A stretch of DNA of 64,000 nucleotides from an uncultured Alteromonadaceae bacterium. GTDB lineage: Bacteria > Pseudomonadota > Gammaproteobacteria > Pseudomonadales > Halieaceae. The stretch's first letter is position 1, and every line of letters begins with the position of its first letter. The notes under the pieces were generated by a model, which saw only the letters and a program-made list of their open reading frames with translations, did not search any database and had not been told where the DNA came from. This document shows, one piece after another, positions 10,625-20,466 of this stretch. The stretch spans positions 6,643 to 70,642 of the forward strand of contig CAYZWL010000003.1 of NCBI GenBank assembly GCA_964482195.1. The letters are read 5' to 3'. The position numbers were made by a program, and so were the translations under genes.

Positions 10625-11530
10625 CTATTCCCCCTGTTGTCGCAGACTGGTGATGGCCCGCTGTTCATCCAGCGAGTACAGAAAATCCACTTTCGCAGGC
10701 AGCGTACTGAGCGCGTGTTCGGTCAGCCGCTGGTAGTACTGAATGAAACGAGCGATATCGTCGTCACTCATCAAGCCCGAGCCATGACCGCCCCGGTCGG
10801 CGCGCAGTTTTTGCTCCTGCTCACACCGCCAACGATAAACACATTCAAAACCCGGTGCTGCCAACATGGCCCAGACATCGACCCTGTCAAACAATGGTTG
10901 GTAATCGTCAGCCAGTGCGCTGTTCACGCCGCGGCGCCAACCTCCCCCACTGTCCTGTTCACGCTCCAGTGGGTTGATGGGTGCCGCAAGTGCCGTCGCT
11001 GACTGGGGCTCAATACCCAGGCACCAGCCTTCCCAGATCACGACATCGACCGGGACATCGACCTCACTCCACCGCTCCCGAGGGCAACGATCATCGGTGG
11101 ATTTATCGAAACGAGGCACAGCGACGGTGTCTCCCGGCTGCATCAGCGCATCGAGCGTCGCGCCAAATAGCGCGGTGTCGTGGGTGCCCGGTACGCCGCG
11201 CGTCACCCACAGCGGATGCACGTCACGACCCAACTGCTGCCGCTCGGCGTGGGTTCGGTAGAAATCATCGATCGACAACACACACACCCGCAGCTGCGCG
11301 AGCCGGGGCAACGCCATCTCCAGTAGCGCAGCGAGGGTGCTCTTACCCGAACCTTGACAGCCGTTGATTCCCAACACCAAGGGGCGAGCGAGTTCGGCCT
11401 GGCGGTGAATCAGGTGGGACACCAGTGGCGCAAACCACTGCTCAGCAGCGGCTTGATAGTGCGCAGGCAGACGTTGTTCTGCCAGAAACTGCGCCCAAGG
11501 CAGCGATGTGTCGCTCAAACTAACGGTCAT
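10625..11530 (-). CDS. P-loop D-glycerate 3-kinase-like kinase
   Basis: Walker A motif GINGCQGSGKSTLAALL. Overall size (301 aa) and layout resemble plant/cyanobacterial-type glycerate 3-kinase. Confidence 0.65.
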   Translation of the reverse strand: MTVSLSDTSLPWAQFLAEQRLPAHYQAAAEQWFAPLVSHLIHRQAELARPLVLGINGCQGSGKSTLAALLEMALPRLAQLRVCVLSIDDFYRTHAERQQLGRDVHPLWVTRGVPGTHDTALFGATLDALMQPGDTVAVPRFDKSTDDRCPRERWSEVDVPVDVVIWEGWCLGIEPQSATALAAPINPLEREQDSGGGWRRGVNSALADDYQPLFDRVDVWAMLAAPGFECVYRWRCEQEQKLRADRGGHGSGLMSDDDIARFIQYYQRLTEHALSTLPAKVDFLYSLDEQRAITSLRQQGE

Positions 11531-11737
11531 GAGTTCTCGATCGTTTGGGTCGCTTTGACCATAGCAAGAAGGGGGACTTTGGCGGCAGATCTACGCCATT
11601 TATTTATGAAATAGCACTTCGACCAGCTTGCGTTCAGGTAGGCACCAAATCATGGCCGTCGTTTATGTGATGTGTGGCGTAGCGTTCATACATCCACTCG
11701 ACAACGAGGGGACACGGGTCCCCCGAGAGAGCCCAAC

Positions 11738-13678
11738 ATGAAAGTCAAATCATTGATCGCCGTGGGGTTTGGGGGAGTGATCGCGTTGTTGGCGATCGTC
11801 GCCCTGTCATCTGCCGTTGCACTGAACACCGCGGGAGGCGGCTTCGCTCGCTACCAGGCTCTGGCGGATGACGCCAACCTGGCTGCGCGCCTCGAATCGA
11901 GAATGCTGCTCGCACGTTTGGCAGTCAAACAATTCATCCAGACCAAGGAGAGGTCCGCTGCCAGTCGATTCATGGATGAATATGAAGGTCTACAGCAGGA
12001 GCTGCGGCAAGCCGACAGCGACATTCAGGATCCGGCTCGGCGTGAGCAGGTCGCGCTGATCAGAAACGAGGTAGAACGCTATCGTCGGGGCTTCGATCAG
12101 GTGGTGGCGTTGATGAGCGAGCGGGACGACGTCGTTGGGCAACAACTCGACCCCAACGGTTTGGCGGCACGACTGGCAGTGACAGACATCATGGGCTCGG
12201 CCTATCGAGACCGGGATGTAGAGGCAGCGTTTCGCGCTGGCGAAGTACAGGAGTCGTTGCTGTTGGCACGCCTCTACGGTGCGAAGTTCCTGACCGAGAA
12301 CCGCTTTGAGGATCTCAATCGTGCGCTCACTGAACTTCGCGACAACGTCAGCGGTCGCGTGCAGGTGCTGGACCGCGAATTGCAGAACCCGGCGCGCCGG
12401 GAAAAGCTCGGGGAATTCCGGGCTGCAGTTGCCACGTACGAGTCAGCGCTTGTCGCCATTGGCGACATCATCCGCCAACGCAATGACATCATCGACAACA
12501 CGCTCGATGCGGTGGGTCCGATCATCGCCGGCGCGGCGGGGAATGTGCGGCAGTCAGTCGCCAGCGATCAATCCGCCCTGGGCAGTGCTGTCGGTCGCAG
12601 CAACCGCACAGCGATGACCATCATCATTGCGATTGCACTGCTGGCACTGGCCACTGGTATTGCGGCGAGTGTTTACATCAGCGGCAAAATCATGAAACCG
12701 CTGGGTGGCGAACCCGCCGACATGGCGATCGTGGCCGACGAACTCGCCCGGGGCCGCCTGGTCGCAGTCAATGACGACAACGCTGAGGGGCTTTGTGCCT
12801 CGATGCAGACCATGACCCGTAACCTGCGCGAGCTCGTCGGTGGCGTCACCGAGGCAGCCGAAACCGTTTACGTTGGCGCCACCCAGATTGCCGCTGGCAA
12901 CCACGAGCTTTCCGCACGAACCGAAGAACAGGCGTCCAGCCTTGAGCAAACAGCGGCGTCCATCGAGCAAATCACCGCCACGGTCCAAGCGACCAGCGAG
13001 AACGCCGTCGCTGCGAGTAGCGCGGTTGAAGGTGCGCGACAACTGGCCGGGAACGGTCAGACCGTCGCCTCACAGGCGCAGGCGGCCATGTCGGACATCA
13101 GCGAGAGTTCCCGGGAGATCACAAAGATCATCAAGGTCATCGACGATATCGCCTTTCAGACCAACCTGCTGGCGCTCAATGCCGCCGTCGAAGCGGCCAG
13201 GGCCGGAGAGCAGGGCCGCGGTTTTGCCGTCGTGGCCAGTGAAGTTCGGAATCTCGCCGAGCGTACCGCCGTATCAGCGCGTGAGGTCTCGAGCCTGATC
13301 TCAGATTCCACCGAAAAAATTGATGAAGGCCAGCGACTCGTCGGTGAGTCAGGATATGCGCTGGGGCAAATCGTCGACTCGGTGGTCGAAGCCTCCCGCC
13401 TGGTGAAAGAAATTGCCGCAGCCGCGCATGAACAGCGTTCGGGAATGGAGCAAATCAACGCAGCCATGACCCAGATGGACATGGTGACCCAGGGTAACGC
13501 CGCCATGGTCGAAGAAGCGGCCGCGGCTTCCCGATCACTGGAAGAATCGAGCCGTTTGCTCAAGGAGCGAATGGCCTTCTTCGACATCGAGCAGACTGGG
13601 GCCACCGCCCCTTACGTCAAGCAGGTATCGGGTGAATCGCCCGATAACGCCCTGGAATGGCGCCCAGTGAATGCCTGA
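11738..13678 (+). CDS. methyl-accepting chemotaxis protein with large helical periplasmic sensor
   Basis: ATG 11738 ([13 protein letters not shown]...) begins TM1, and a second TM lies about 290 aa later. HAMP-like segment present. Highly conserved signalling hairpin [40 protein letters not shown]. Confidence 0.9.
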   Translation: MKVKSLIAVGFGGVIALLAIVALSSAVALNTAGGGFARYQALADDANLAARLESRMLLARLAVKQFIQTKERSAASRFMDEYEGLQQELRQADSDIQDPARREQVALIRNEVERYRRGFDQVVALMSERDDVVGQQLDPNGLAARLAVTDIMGSAYRDRDVEAAFRAGEVQESLLLARLYGAKFLTENRFEDLNRALTELRDNVSGRVQVLDRELQNPARREKLGEFRAAVATYESALVAIGDIIRQRNDIIDNTLDAVGPIIAGAAGNVRQSVASDQSALGSAVGRSNRTAMTIIIAIALLALATGIAASVYISGKIMKPLGGEPADMAIVADELARGRLVAVNDDNAEGLCASMQTMTRNLRELVGGVTEAAETVYVGATQIAAGNHELSARTEEQASSLEQTAASIEQITATVQATSENAVAASSAVEGARQLAGNGQTVASQAQAAMSDISESSREITKIIKVIDDIAFQTNLLALNAAVEAARAGEQGRGFAVVASEVRNLAERTAVSAREVSSLISDSTEKIDEGQRLVGESGYALGQIVDSVVEASRLVKEIAAAAHEQRSGMEQINAAMTQMDMVTQGNAAMVEEAAAASRSLEESSRLLKERMAFFDIEQTGATAPYVKQVSGESPDNALEWRPVNA

Positions 13679-13681
13679 AAC

Positions 13682-15019
13682 TCAGAACGCAGCGATCAGG
13701 TACAGCACCGCCGCGCCTCCCGCACCCAACACCGCATAAGGCAGCTGTGTGACGGCATGGTCGTAGGTGCGGCAGCCAGCGCCCTGGGCCGAGAGTACGG
13801 TGGAGTCCGAGTAGAAACAGGCGTGACTGCCGAAACCGCTGGCCGACAACAGCGCACCGATAACCAGCAAGGGCTCCACAGCAAAAGCGTCTGCCAACGG
13901 CAGTGCGACCGGCATGGCGATCGCGATAACACCCCAGTTGGAACCCGTGGTGTAACTCACCACGGACATCGTCAGGAAAACCAGCACCGGCAGCAGCGTG
14001 GCGGTCATGTAAGGCGAAACCGCGCCAATCACATAATCGGTCAGGCCGATTCGGTCATTGGCTTCCACAAAGACAAATAGCGCAACCAACATGGTCAGCA
14101 CCGGCACCATCGACTTGAGCCCTTCCATACAGGTATCGAATAACTCTGCAGGGGGCATGATGCGCATGGCGAGATACTGGGCCACGGTCACCAGAATGCC
14201 CGCCATCACGCCACGCAGCAGATCAACCTCGGGAAATATCGTAAAACCCAACAAAGCAATGATGGGCACAAAGAACACGCTCATCCCCGCCCGCTCGCTG
14301 GGTTCAACGGTGAGCGCCGGGTCCTCGAAAACGCCGAGATCACCCGTGGATTCTGCGCGTCGCTCGGCGTCGCGCATGCGCCCCAGCAGGGGAATCACCC
14401 CCAGGATCACCAAGGGCACAATGATCACTGCGAGTAACGGATAAAACATGTAGGGAATTGCAGCGATAAAGACGGATATTCCCTCACCCTGTGCGGCGGC
14501 ACCGTTTTTCTCCAGCAGGCCCGCGAAGTACACACCCCAACTCGATATCGGAATCAGCAGGCACATGGGTGCCGCCGTGGAGTCCACCACGTAGGCCAGC
14601 ATTTCCCGGGATGTTTTGAAGCGATCGGTCACCGACTTCATGGTGGCGCCCACGGTCAACGAGTTCAGGTAGTCGTCGAGGAAAATCACCAGTCCCAACA
14701 CCCAGGTGGCAAACAGGCTGCTGCGCTTACCGGAAAGGCGCCCGGTCAACCAATGACCAAAAGCGTGAGATCCACCGCCTTTGACCAACATGGCGATGAA
14801 GGGGCCATACAGACCGCAAACGAGTAACACCCACACCGTGGCCTCATCCATCATGACCTTGGTGGCGGCGGCAGCAATGCCGTCAACAAAGTGGACGCCA
14901 TCCATGATCAGGAAGGCAAGCAAGGCTCCTGCAATCACCGACTCCAAGGTGCGATGACTCAGGATGGCCACCACCAATACCAGCGCCGTCGGCACCAGGC
15001 TGATTGCCCCGTATTCCAT
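13682..15019 (-). CDS. NhaC-family Na+/H+ antiporter
   Basis: Polytopic 446-aa protein from ATG 15019 (MEYGAISLVPTALVL...). Composition and length are typical of the NhaC family. The longer N-terminal extension would overlap the divergent gene. Confidence 0.8.
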   Translation of the reverse strand: MEYGAISLVPTALVLVVAILSHRTLESVIAGALLAFLIMDGVHFVDGIAAAATKVMMDEATVWVLLVCGLYGPFIAMLVKGGGSHAFGHWLTGRLSGKRSSLFATWVLGLVIFLDDYLNSLTVGATMKSVTDRFKTSREMLAYVVDSTAAPMCLLIPISSWGVYFAGLLEKNGAAAQGEGISVFIAAIPYMFYPLLAVIIVPLVILGVIPLLGRMRDAERRAESTGDLGVFEDPALTVEPSERAGMSVFFVPIIALLGFTIFPEVDLLRGVMAGILVTVAQYLAMRIMPPAELFDTCMEGLKSMVPVLTMLVALFVFVEANDRIGLTDYVIGAVSPYMTATLLPVLVFLTMSVVSYTTGSNWGVIAIAMPVALPLADAFAVEPLLVIGALLSASGFGSHACFYSDSTVLSAQGAGCRTYDHAVTQLPYAVLGAGGAAVLYLIAAF

Positions 15020-15195
15020 TTCCCAGACTGCCCCCCCAAGCTCGACCAGCAAAGACCATACACCACGAAGGGCATGAGACCGCCACCGCGATTGCCCCTT
15101 ACCCGGGACCCCGTGTATGTTGCCAGAGCCCACTGCGTGGTATCGGGGGCATTGCCGATAACAACCATCATTACGGTCGATTACAGGAGCACCGC

Positions 15196-17034
15196 GTGGA
15201 ACTGGAGCAACTACTCGAAAACATTGAGCAGTCACCAGACGGCCCCGAAACTGCGGCGCTGTTCGATTTTGACGGCACCATCATCGCCGGCTTCTCGGCA
15301 ACCGTGTTTTTGCGAGACGAGCTCAGTCGTGGCGAGTTAAGCCCCGGCGAGCTGGTGCAGATGACCCAGGCACTGACCAGCTTCGGGATGGGTAACATGG
15401 GCTTCTCGGCCCTCATGGCCGTACACGCCCAGTACATGCAGGGCAAATCAGAAGCGGATTACATCGCCAACAGCGAGAAACTGTTCCGGAAAGCCATCGC
15501 TCGACTGATTTTCCCGGAGACCCGGGCACTGATCGAGGCGCACCAGGCCAAGGGCCATAGCGTGGCGATCATCAGCTCCGCCACCCCCTACCAGGTTGAG
15601 GCAAGCGCCCGAGATCTGGGCATCGACGACGTTTATGCCACCCACCTCGAGGTCAAGAAGGGCAAATTCACTGGCAAAGTCATCAAACCCACCTGCTTTG
15701 GCGATGGCAAAGTCGATGCGGCGATCAAGTTCAGCAAGAAGACCGGTGCCGACCTCGATCAGAGTTTTTTCTACAGCGACAGCATCGATGATATCCAGCT
15801 ACTGGAGCGGGTCGGCAAGCCTGTCGTGCTCAACGGCCGCAAAAAACTTCGCAAGATTTCGGCGGAGCGCGACTGGGCAAGGGCCGACTTCGCCAGCCGC
15901 GGCGGGGTTACGCTGGGGCGCTTTGCCCGCTCTGTCGCCGCCACCTCCAGCGTGGTCACTAGCTTCGCCGCCGGTTTGCCTATTTATGCATTGACCGGCT
16001 CCAAACGCGATTCCATCAATTTCTCTCTTTCGCTTTTTGCTGACACCGCCAATGCGCTGATTGGTTTGGATTTGGATATCGAGGGTGAAGAGCACCTCTG
16101 GAGCCATCGACCGGCGATCTTCATGTTCAACCACCAGAGCAAGGCCGACGTGGCCATTATGGCTTCGCTGGTGCGGCGGGATATCGTGGGTGTCGGCAAG
16201 AAAGAGATCAAGAAGATGCCACTGATCGGTCAGGTCATGGGTCTGGCGGGCACCGTGTTTATCGATCGCTCGAATCCCAAGGCGGCGATCGAGTCGATGA
16301 AGCCACTGATCAAAGCGATGCGAGAGGAGCGCAAGTCGCTGGTGATATCGCCAGAGGGCACGCGCACCCCAACCCGCAAGCTGGCCCCCTTCAAAAAGGG
16401 GCCGTTCCATATCGCCATTCAAACCCGGGTACCGGTGGTGCCTGTGGTGATTTACAACGCCGGTGACATCGCACCCAAGGGGGACTTTGTTTTCCGACGC
16501 GGCACCGTCAAGGTCAAGGTCCTGCCACCTGTGGATACCAGCGATTGGCACACCGACACGATCGAGCAGCATGTCGCAGACATTCGGCAGCAGTTTCTGC
16601 AGGCATTGGGACAGAGCGAAGAGGCGCCGGCCACAACCACACCCCGACGCCGATCCCGCTCCCGATTATTCGAAGATGGAGAGGACTCCAGTGCTGACAC
16701 GGTAAAGGCTAAGACCAAGCGCAAAGCCGCCACAGCGACGAAAGCGAAACGCAAGACCCAGGCCAAAACGAAAACTGCGACTGGCAAGGCCACTGCGAAA
16801 ACCAAGGCGGCCAGCGCCAAAGCCACCAGCAAAAGCACCCGCGGTGCCACAACTGATAAAGTGACAGCAAAGGCCAAGACCAAGGCAAAAGCAAAGACCA
16901 AGGCGCGCGCACCAGTCACCACCACCAAAAAGCGTAGCGTTGCGGCCAAAGCCAAGCCTGCGGCCAAGGCTGCGACCCGCCGGAAAGCCCCGGCAAAAAC
17001 AAAAATAAGGCCAAAGCTGGCTGCGGGAGACTAA
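15196..17034 (+). CDS. fusion protein: HAD-IB phosphatase domain + PlsC-type lysophospholipid acyltransferase domain + Lys/Ala/Thr-rich basic C-terminal tail
   Basis: GTG 15196 lies 6 nt after AGGAG. HAD motif I is FDFDGT. Acyltransferase motifs are NHQSKAD (HX4D), FIDR and PEGTR. The last ~110 aa are histone-H1-like (AKTKAKAKTK...). Confidence 0.8.
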   Translation: MELEQLLENIEQSPDGPETAALFDFDGTIIAGFSATVFLRDELSRGELSPGELVQMTQALTSFGMGNMGFSALMAVHAQYMQGKSEADYIANSEKLFRKAIARLIFPETRALIEAHQAKGHSVAIISSATPYQVEASARDLGIDDVYATHLEVKKGKFTGKVIKPTCFGDGKVDAAIKFSKKTGADLDQSFFYSDSIDDIQLLERVGKPVVLNGRKKLRKISAERDWARADFASRGGVTLGRFARSVAATSSVVTSFAAGLPIYALTGSKRDSINFSLSLFADTANALIGLDLDIEGEEHLWSHRPAIFMFNHQSKADVAIMASLVRRDIVGVGKKEIKKMPLIGQVMGLAGTVFIDRSNPKAAIESMKPLIKAMREERKSLVISPEGTRTPTRKLAPFKKGPFHIAIQTRVPVVPVVIYNAGDIAPKGDFVFRRGTVKVKVLPPVDTSDWHTDTIEQHVADIRQQFLQALGQSEEAPATTTPRRRSRSRLFEDGEDSSADTVKAKTKRKAATATKAKRKTQAKTKTATGKATAKTKAASAKATSKSTRGATTDKVTAKAKTKAKAKTKARAPVTTTKKRSVAAKAKPAAKAATRRKAPAKTKIRPKLAAGD

Positions 17035-17038
17035 AACC

Positions 17039-19414
17039 GTGGGGGCAAACCATCCGGTTTTGCAAGACAAACTGGCGACTTCGCCGTGGCCAGCCGGGCA
17101 TCGCAATGTCGTGTTCCTCATCGACAGCTGCAACCCTTTTGAGAGACGACTGCTACTGCAGTGGATCGAAGCACATCGCGCCGCAGACGCACAAAGCACA
17201 GAAGTGCACGTTCAACTCAGTGATGACGGCACCCCGCTGCGCACTGAAGCGCTTGCCAACGCCCTCGCCGAGCATCCCGGCGCAATCGTTGCGCCGGTGC
17301 GCATCAGCTGGCTGCGGGATCACGCCAAGGTATTTCGCAGACCGCGCATTATCGATCTGATTCGTGGTACTGACCGGCACCCACCCGCGTGGATGGCTGC
17401 ATTTCTGGTGCGGCAAAAGCCGGAACGCGTGCACCTGATTCGCGGCGAGCCTGACACGGTAGAAAATCTGGCCGAGCGCTTTCGGCACAAGTACGGGCAA
17501 GAACCCAGCGAGCGACTCGAAGACTTTGCTGTATTTGTCTCGCGACAGGCCGCGGTGGTGCTGGAGATGCAAGAGCGGCGGCTGCAGGGCGGCCGCTATA
17601 AAGTGCCGCGCTACGTGGCCCAGAGCCTGCGTAAAAATCGAGAGTTCCGTGCGGAGCTCAAGTCGATCGCCATGGATGAGGGCATCAGTGACGTCGAACT
17701 CGACAAACGGCTGAACGAATACCTCAAGGAAATGGTGGCCAGACCCTCGCCGCTGGGCATCGATACCTGGGTGTGGTTCTGTAACTTTTGCCTGGGACTC
17801 GGCTACGAGGCCAAGATCCGCGCTCGTCCTGAGGAAATTGAGCGTATTCGCCACGCGGTACGCAACAATCCCTCCGTACTGCTGTTTACCCACAAAACCT
17901 ACCTGGATGGTTTCGTGGTCCCGAAGATTACCTTCGACAACGATTTCCCCATGCCGCACTTCTTCGGGGGTGCCAATCTGCGCATTCCGGTACTGAGTAC
18001 GCTGATTCCTCGAGCGGGCGGCATTTATCTCAAACGTACCTTTCAGGACAACGAGATCTACAAGGCGACCATGCGCCAGTACATTGGCTACCTGATGGAA
18101 AAGCGCTTCCCACTGACCTGGTCCTTCGAAGGTACCCGATCGCGACTGGGCAAGCTGATGCCGCCCAAGTACGGATTGCTGAAATACGTGGTCGAAGCCG
18201 CCCACGCCAGCGATTCACGCAATCTGCACATCATTCCGGTGACTGTCAGCTACGACCAGGTGCGCGATGCCGAGGAGTACGCCCGGGAGCAAGCCGGCGT
18301 ACCGAAGGCCCCCGAGTCGCTGAGTTGGCTGATCGGCTACATTCGCAGCCTGTCACAGCCCATGGGCAAGATTTACGTGGATTTCGGTGAGCCCGTGGTA
18401 CTGGAGAAAGCACCAGCGCCGGACGAAAAACTGGCCCTCGAAAAAATTGCGTTCCAGGTGGCGGTTGAAGCCAACAAGGTCACGCCCATCACCCTGCCCG
18501 CCCTGGTGAGCATGGTCTTGCTGGGGACCTATCCCCGCGCGCTGACCGAGAGCGAAGTGACCACCGAAGTCGCCGAACTGGTGGAGTGGTGTACCGACCG
18601 TGAGCTGCGTCTGTCACCCGACTTTGATCAAGACTACGCCACCAACATGCAGCAACAGCTGAAGTTGATGATCGACGAAGGCATCATCAACCGCTACGAA
18701 GGTGTTGCGGAAACTGTTTACGGCATCGTGGAAGGCCAGGCGCCAGTGGCCAGCTATTACCGCAACACCATCGTGCATTTCTTCGTGAACAAGGCCATTA
18801 CTGAGCTGGCGCTGATTGCGACCGCCCAAACCCCGAGCGAACCCGAGCAGGTCAGCGAGCGTTTCTGGGCGGAGGTCGACAGCCTGCGCGATCTCTTCAA
18901 GTTCGAGTTTTTCTATCCGCCGAGCGACGTCTTCCGCGAAGAAATTCGCAACGAACTTGCCAAGGTCGACGAGGATTGGGAGGCTGTGTTGGGCTGGGGC
19001 CCATCGGGAGCTCGCAGATTGCTGCGGCAGATGACTCCCCATGTGGCGCACATGAGCCTGCAAATGTTCGTGGAGTCCTACGCCACCGCCGCTTACGTGG
19101 CGGTGAATCGGCCGGACACCTTGGATAAACGCGACGAATTCGTCGAACTTTGCATGCGCTATGGCAAACAAGGTTATCTGCAACGGCGCGTCAGCAGTGA
19201 CGCCTCGATTGGCAAGCTGCTGTTTACCAACGCCTGGAAAATGCTCCAGTCACGTGGACTGGTCGACGAATCAAGACCTGATTTCGCAGAAGCACGCCAA
19301 GCGCAGGCGGCGGCTCTTGCGGAATTAACCCAGCGTATTGAAATCAGCCGCGCATCGAGCATCGCCAGTCGCGGTGCACAGACCCAGAGGGATTTTGCCC
19401 GTGGCAAATTATAA
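17039..19414 (+). CDS. PlsB-like glycerol-3-phosphate acyltransferase family protein
   Basis: The 791-aa product has acyltransferase motifs FTHKTYLDG (HX4D), YLKR, FEGTRSRLGKL and IPVTVSYD. GTG start at 17039, 4 nt after the upstream stop. The start codon choice is uncertain. Confidence 0.8.
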   Translation: MGANHPVLQDKLATSPWPAGHRNVVFLIDSCNPFERRLLLQWIEAHRAADAQSTEVHVQLSDDGTPLRTEALANALAEHPGAIVAPVRISWLRDHAKVFRRPRIIDLIRGTDRHPPAWMAAFLVRQKPERVHLIRGEPDTVENLAERFRHKYGQEPSERLEDFAVFVSRQAAVVLEMQERRLQGGRYKVPRYVAQSLRKNREFRAELKSIAMDEGISDVELDKRLNEYLKEMVARPSPLGIDTWVWFCNFCLGLGYEAKIRARPEEIERIRHAVRNNPSVLLFTHKTYLDGFVVPKITFDNDFPMPHFFGGANLRIPVLSTLIPRAGGIYLKRTFQDNEIYKATMRQYIGYLMEKRFPLTWSFEGTRSRLGKLMPPKYGLLKYVVEAAHASDSRNLHIIPVTVSYDQVRDAEEYAREQAGVPKAPESLSWLIGYIRSLSQPMGKIYVDFGEPVVLEKAPAPDEKLALEKIAFQVAVEANKVTPITLPALVSMVLLGTYPRALTESEVTTEVAELVEWCTDRELRLSPDFDQDYATNMQQQLKLMIDEGIINRYEGVAETVYGIVEGQAPVASYYRNTIVHFFVNKAITELALIATAQTPSEPEQVSERFWAEVDSLRDLFKFEFFYPPSDVFREEIRNELAKVDEDWEAVLGWGPSGARRLLRQMTPHVAHMSLQMFVESYATAAYVAVNRPDTLDKRDEFVELCMRYGKQGYLQRRVSSDASIGKLLFTNAWKMLQSRGLVDESRPDFAEARQAQAAALAELTQRIEISRASSIASRGAQTQRDFARGKL

Positions 19415-20405
19415 GATCGCCGTCGTTGGAGGCGGCTCATGGGGTACCACCGTCGCGTCGATAGTCAGCCGCAATGCCGAAGCCACCCTATGGGCCCGGG
19501 ATGCCGAGACCGTCGCTGACATCAATGACAACCACCGCAACAGCCGTTACCTACCGGACGCAACGCTGCATGCGTCACTTAAGGCCAGCGAGGACCTCGC
19601 CGCGACTGTGCGGGGTGTGGACGTCGTGGTCATGGCGGTGCCGTCAAACGCCTTTCGAGAAGTGCTCGAATCGATCAAAAGCGATATTCCCGAAAACGTA
19701 CCGGTCATCAGCCTGACCAAGGGCCTCGAGCGGGACTCCCGGCTGCGCATGACCGAAATCATCCACGAGGTCGTGCCCGGCAACCCGGCAGGGGTACTGA
19801 CAGGCCCCAACCTCGCCCGGGAAATCATCGCGGGTCAGGCGGCTGCCAGCGTGCTGGCCCTCGATGACACCCGACCCATCAGTTGGTTACAACCACTCTT
19901 TAATGCAGGGCTGTTTCGTGTTTACAGCAACACCGACTACGTGGGCTGTGAACTTGGCGGAGTGCTCAAAAACATTATCGCCATTGCCGTCGGCATGGGC
20001 GACGGTCTGGGGGCGGGCGACAACACCCGAGCCGCACTGATCACCCGCGGCCTCGCAGAAATGACCCGGCTCGGCACTGCCCTCGGCGGCCAACCCGAAA
20101 CTTTTGCCGGGCTCGCCGGGATGGGTGACATGATCGCCACCTGTACCAGTCCCCAGAGTCGCAATCGCCATGTGGGCATGGAGCTGGCCAAAGGGCTGGC
20201 CATCGAGGAAATTATCGCCAACATGCACATGGTCGCTGAGGGCGTCAAAAGCGCACCCACGGTGATCGAACTCGCCCGAGAGCACGGCATCGTGCTGCCT
20301 ATCAGCGAGGACGTTTACAAAGTCGTCACCGGCGAGTCCAATGCCCGCGGGGTCTACCGAGGACTGTTGCGTACCCAACCGGGTGCCGAGTCCGAGCCCG
20401 GCTGA
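19401..20405 (+). CDS. gpsA: NAD(P)H-dependent glycerol-3-phosphate dehydrogenase
   Basis: KIAVVGGGSWGTT Rossmann motif, plus LKNIIAIAVGMGDGLG and TRGLAEM blocks typical of GpsA. GTG 19401 gives the usual short N-terminus and overlaps the upstream gene by 14 nt. Confidence 0.9.
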   Translation: MANYKIAVVGGGSWGTTVASIVSRNAEATLWARDAETVADINDNHRNSRYLPDATLHASLKASEDLAATVRGVDVVVMAVPSNAFREVLESIKSDIPENVPVISLTKGLERDSRLRMTEIIHEVVPGNPAGVLTGPNLAREIIAGQAAASVLALDDTRPISWLQPLFNAGLFRVYSNTDYVGCELGGVLKNIIAIAVGMGDGLGAGDNTRAALITRGLAEMTRLGTALGGQPETFAGLAGMGDMIATCTSPQSRNRHVGMELAKGLAIEEIIANMHMVAEGVKSAPTVIELAREHGIVLPISEDVYKVVTGESNARGVYRGLLRTQPGAESEPG

Positions 20406-20466
20406 ACCCACCGCTATCCCCGGTGTCCCAGTGACACCGGTTTACTACCCATGCTGGAGTTTTTCC

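Noticed and set aside
15004-15235. N-terminal extensions of the NhaC ORF (to 15235) and of the HAD-PlsC ORF (from 15004) that would make two divergent genes overlap by >200 nt.
   Set aside because: The extensions are Arg/Pro/Gly-rich, lack an RBS and overlap each other. Internal starts (ATG 15019; GTG 15196 after AGGAG) give normal N-termini.
16624-17034. Repetitive aag/gcc/acc-rich DNA that might be mistaken for a tandem repeat or CRISPR-like array.
   Set aside because: There is no constant repeat unit or spacer periodicity. It is in frame and continuous with the acyltransferase ORF, so it is coding low-complexity sequence (reported as a protein-level finding instead).
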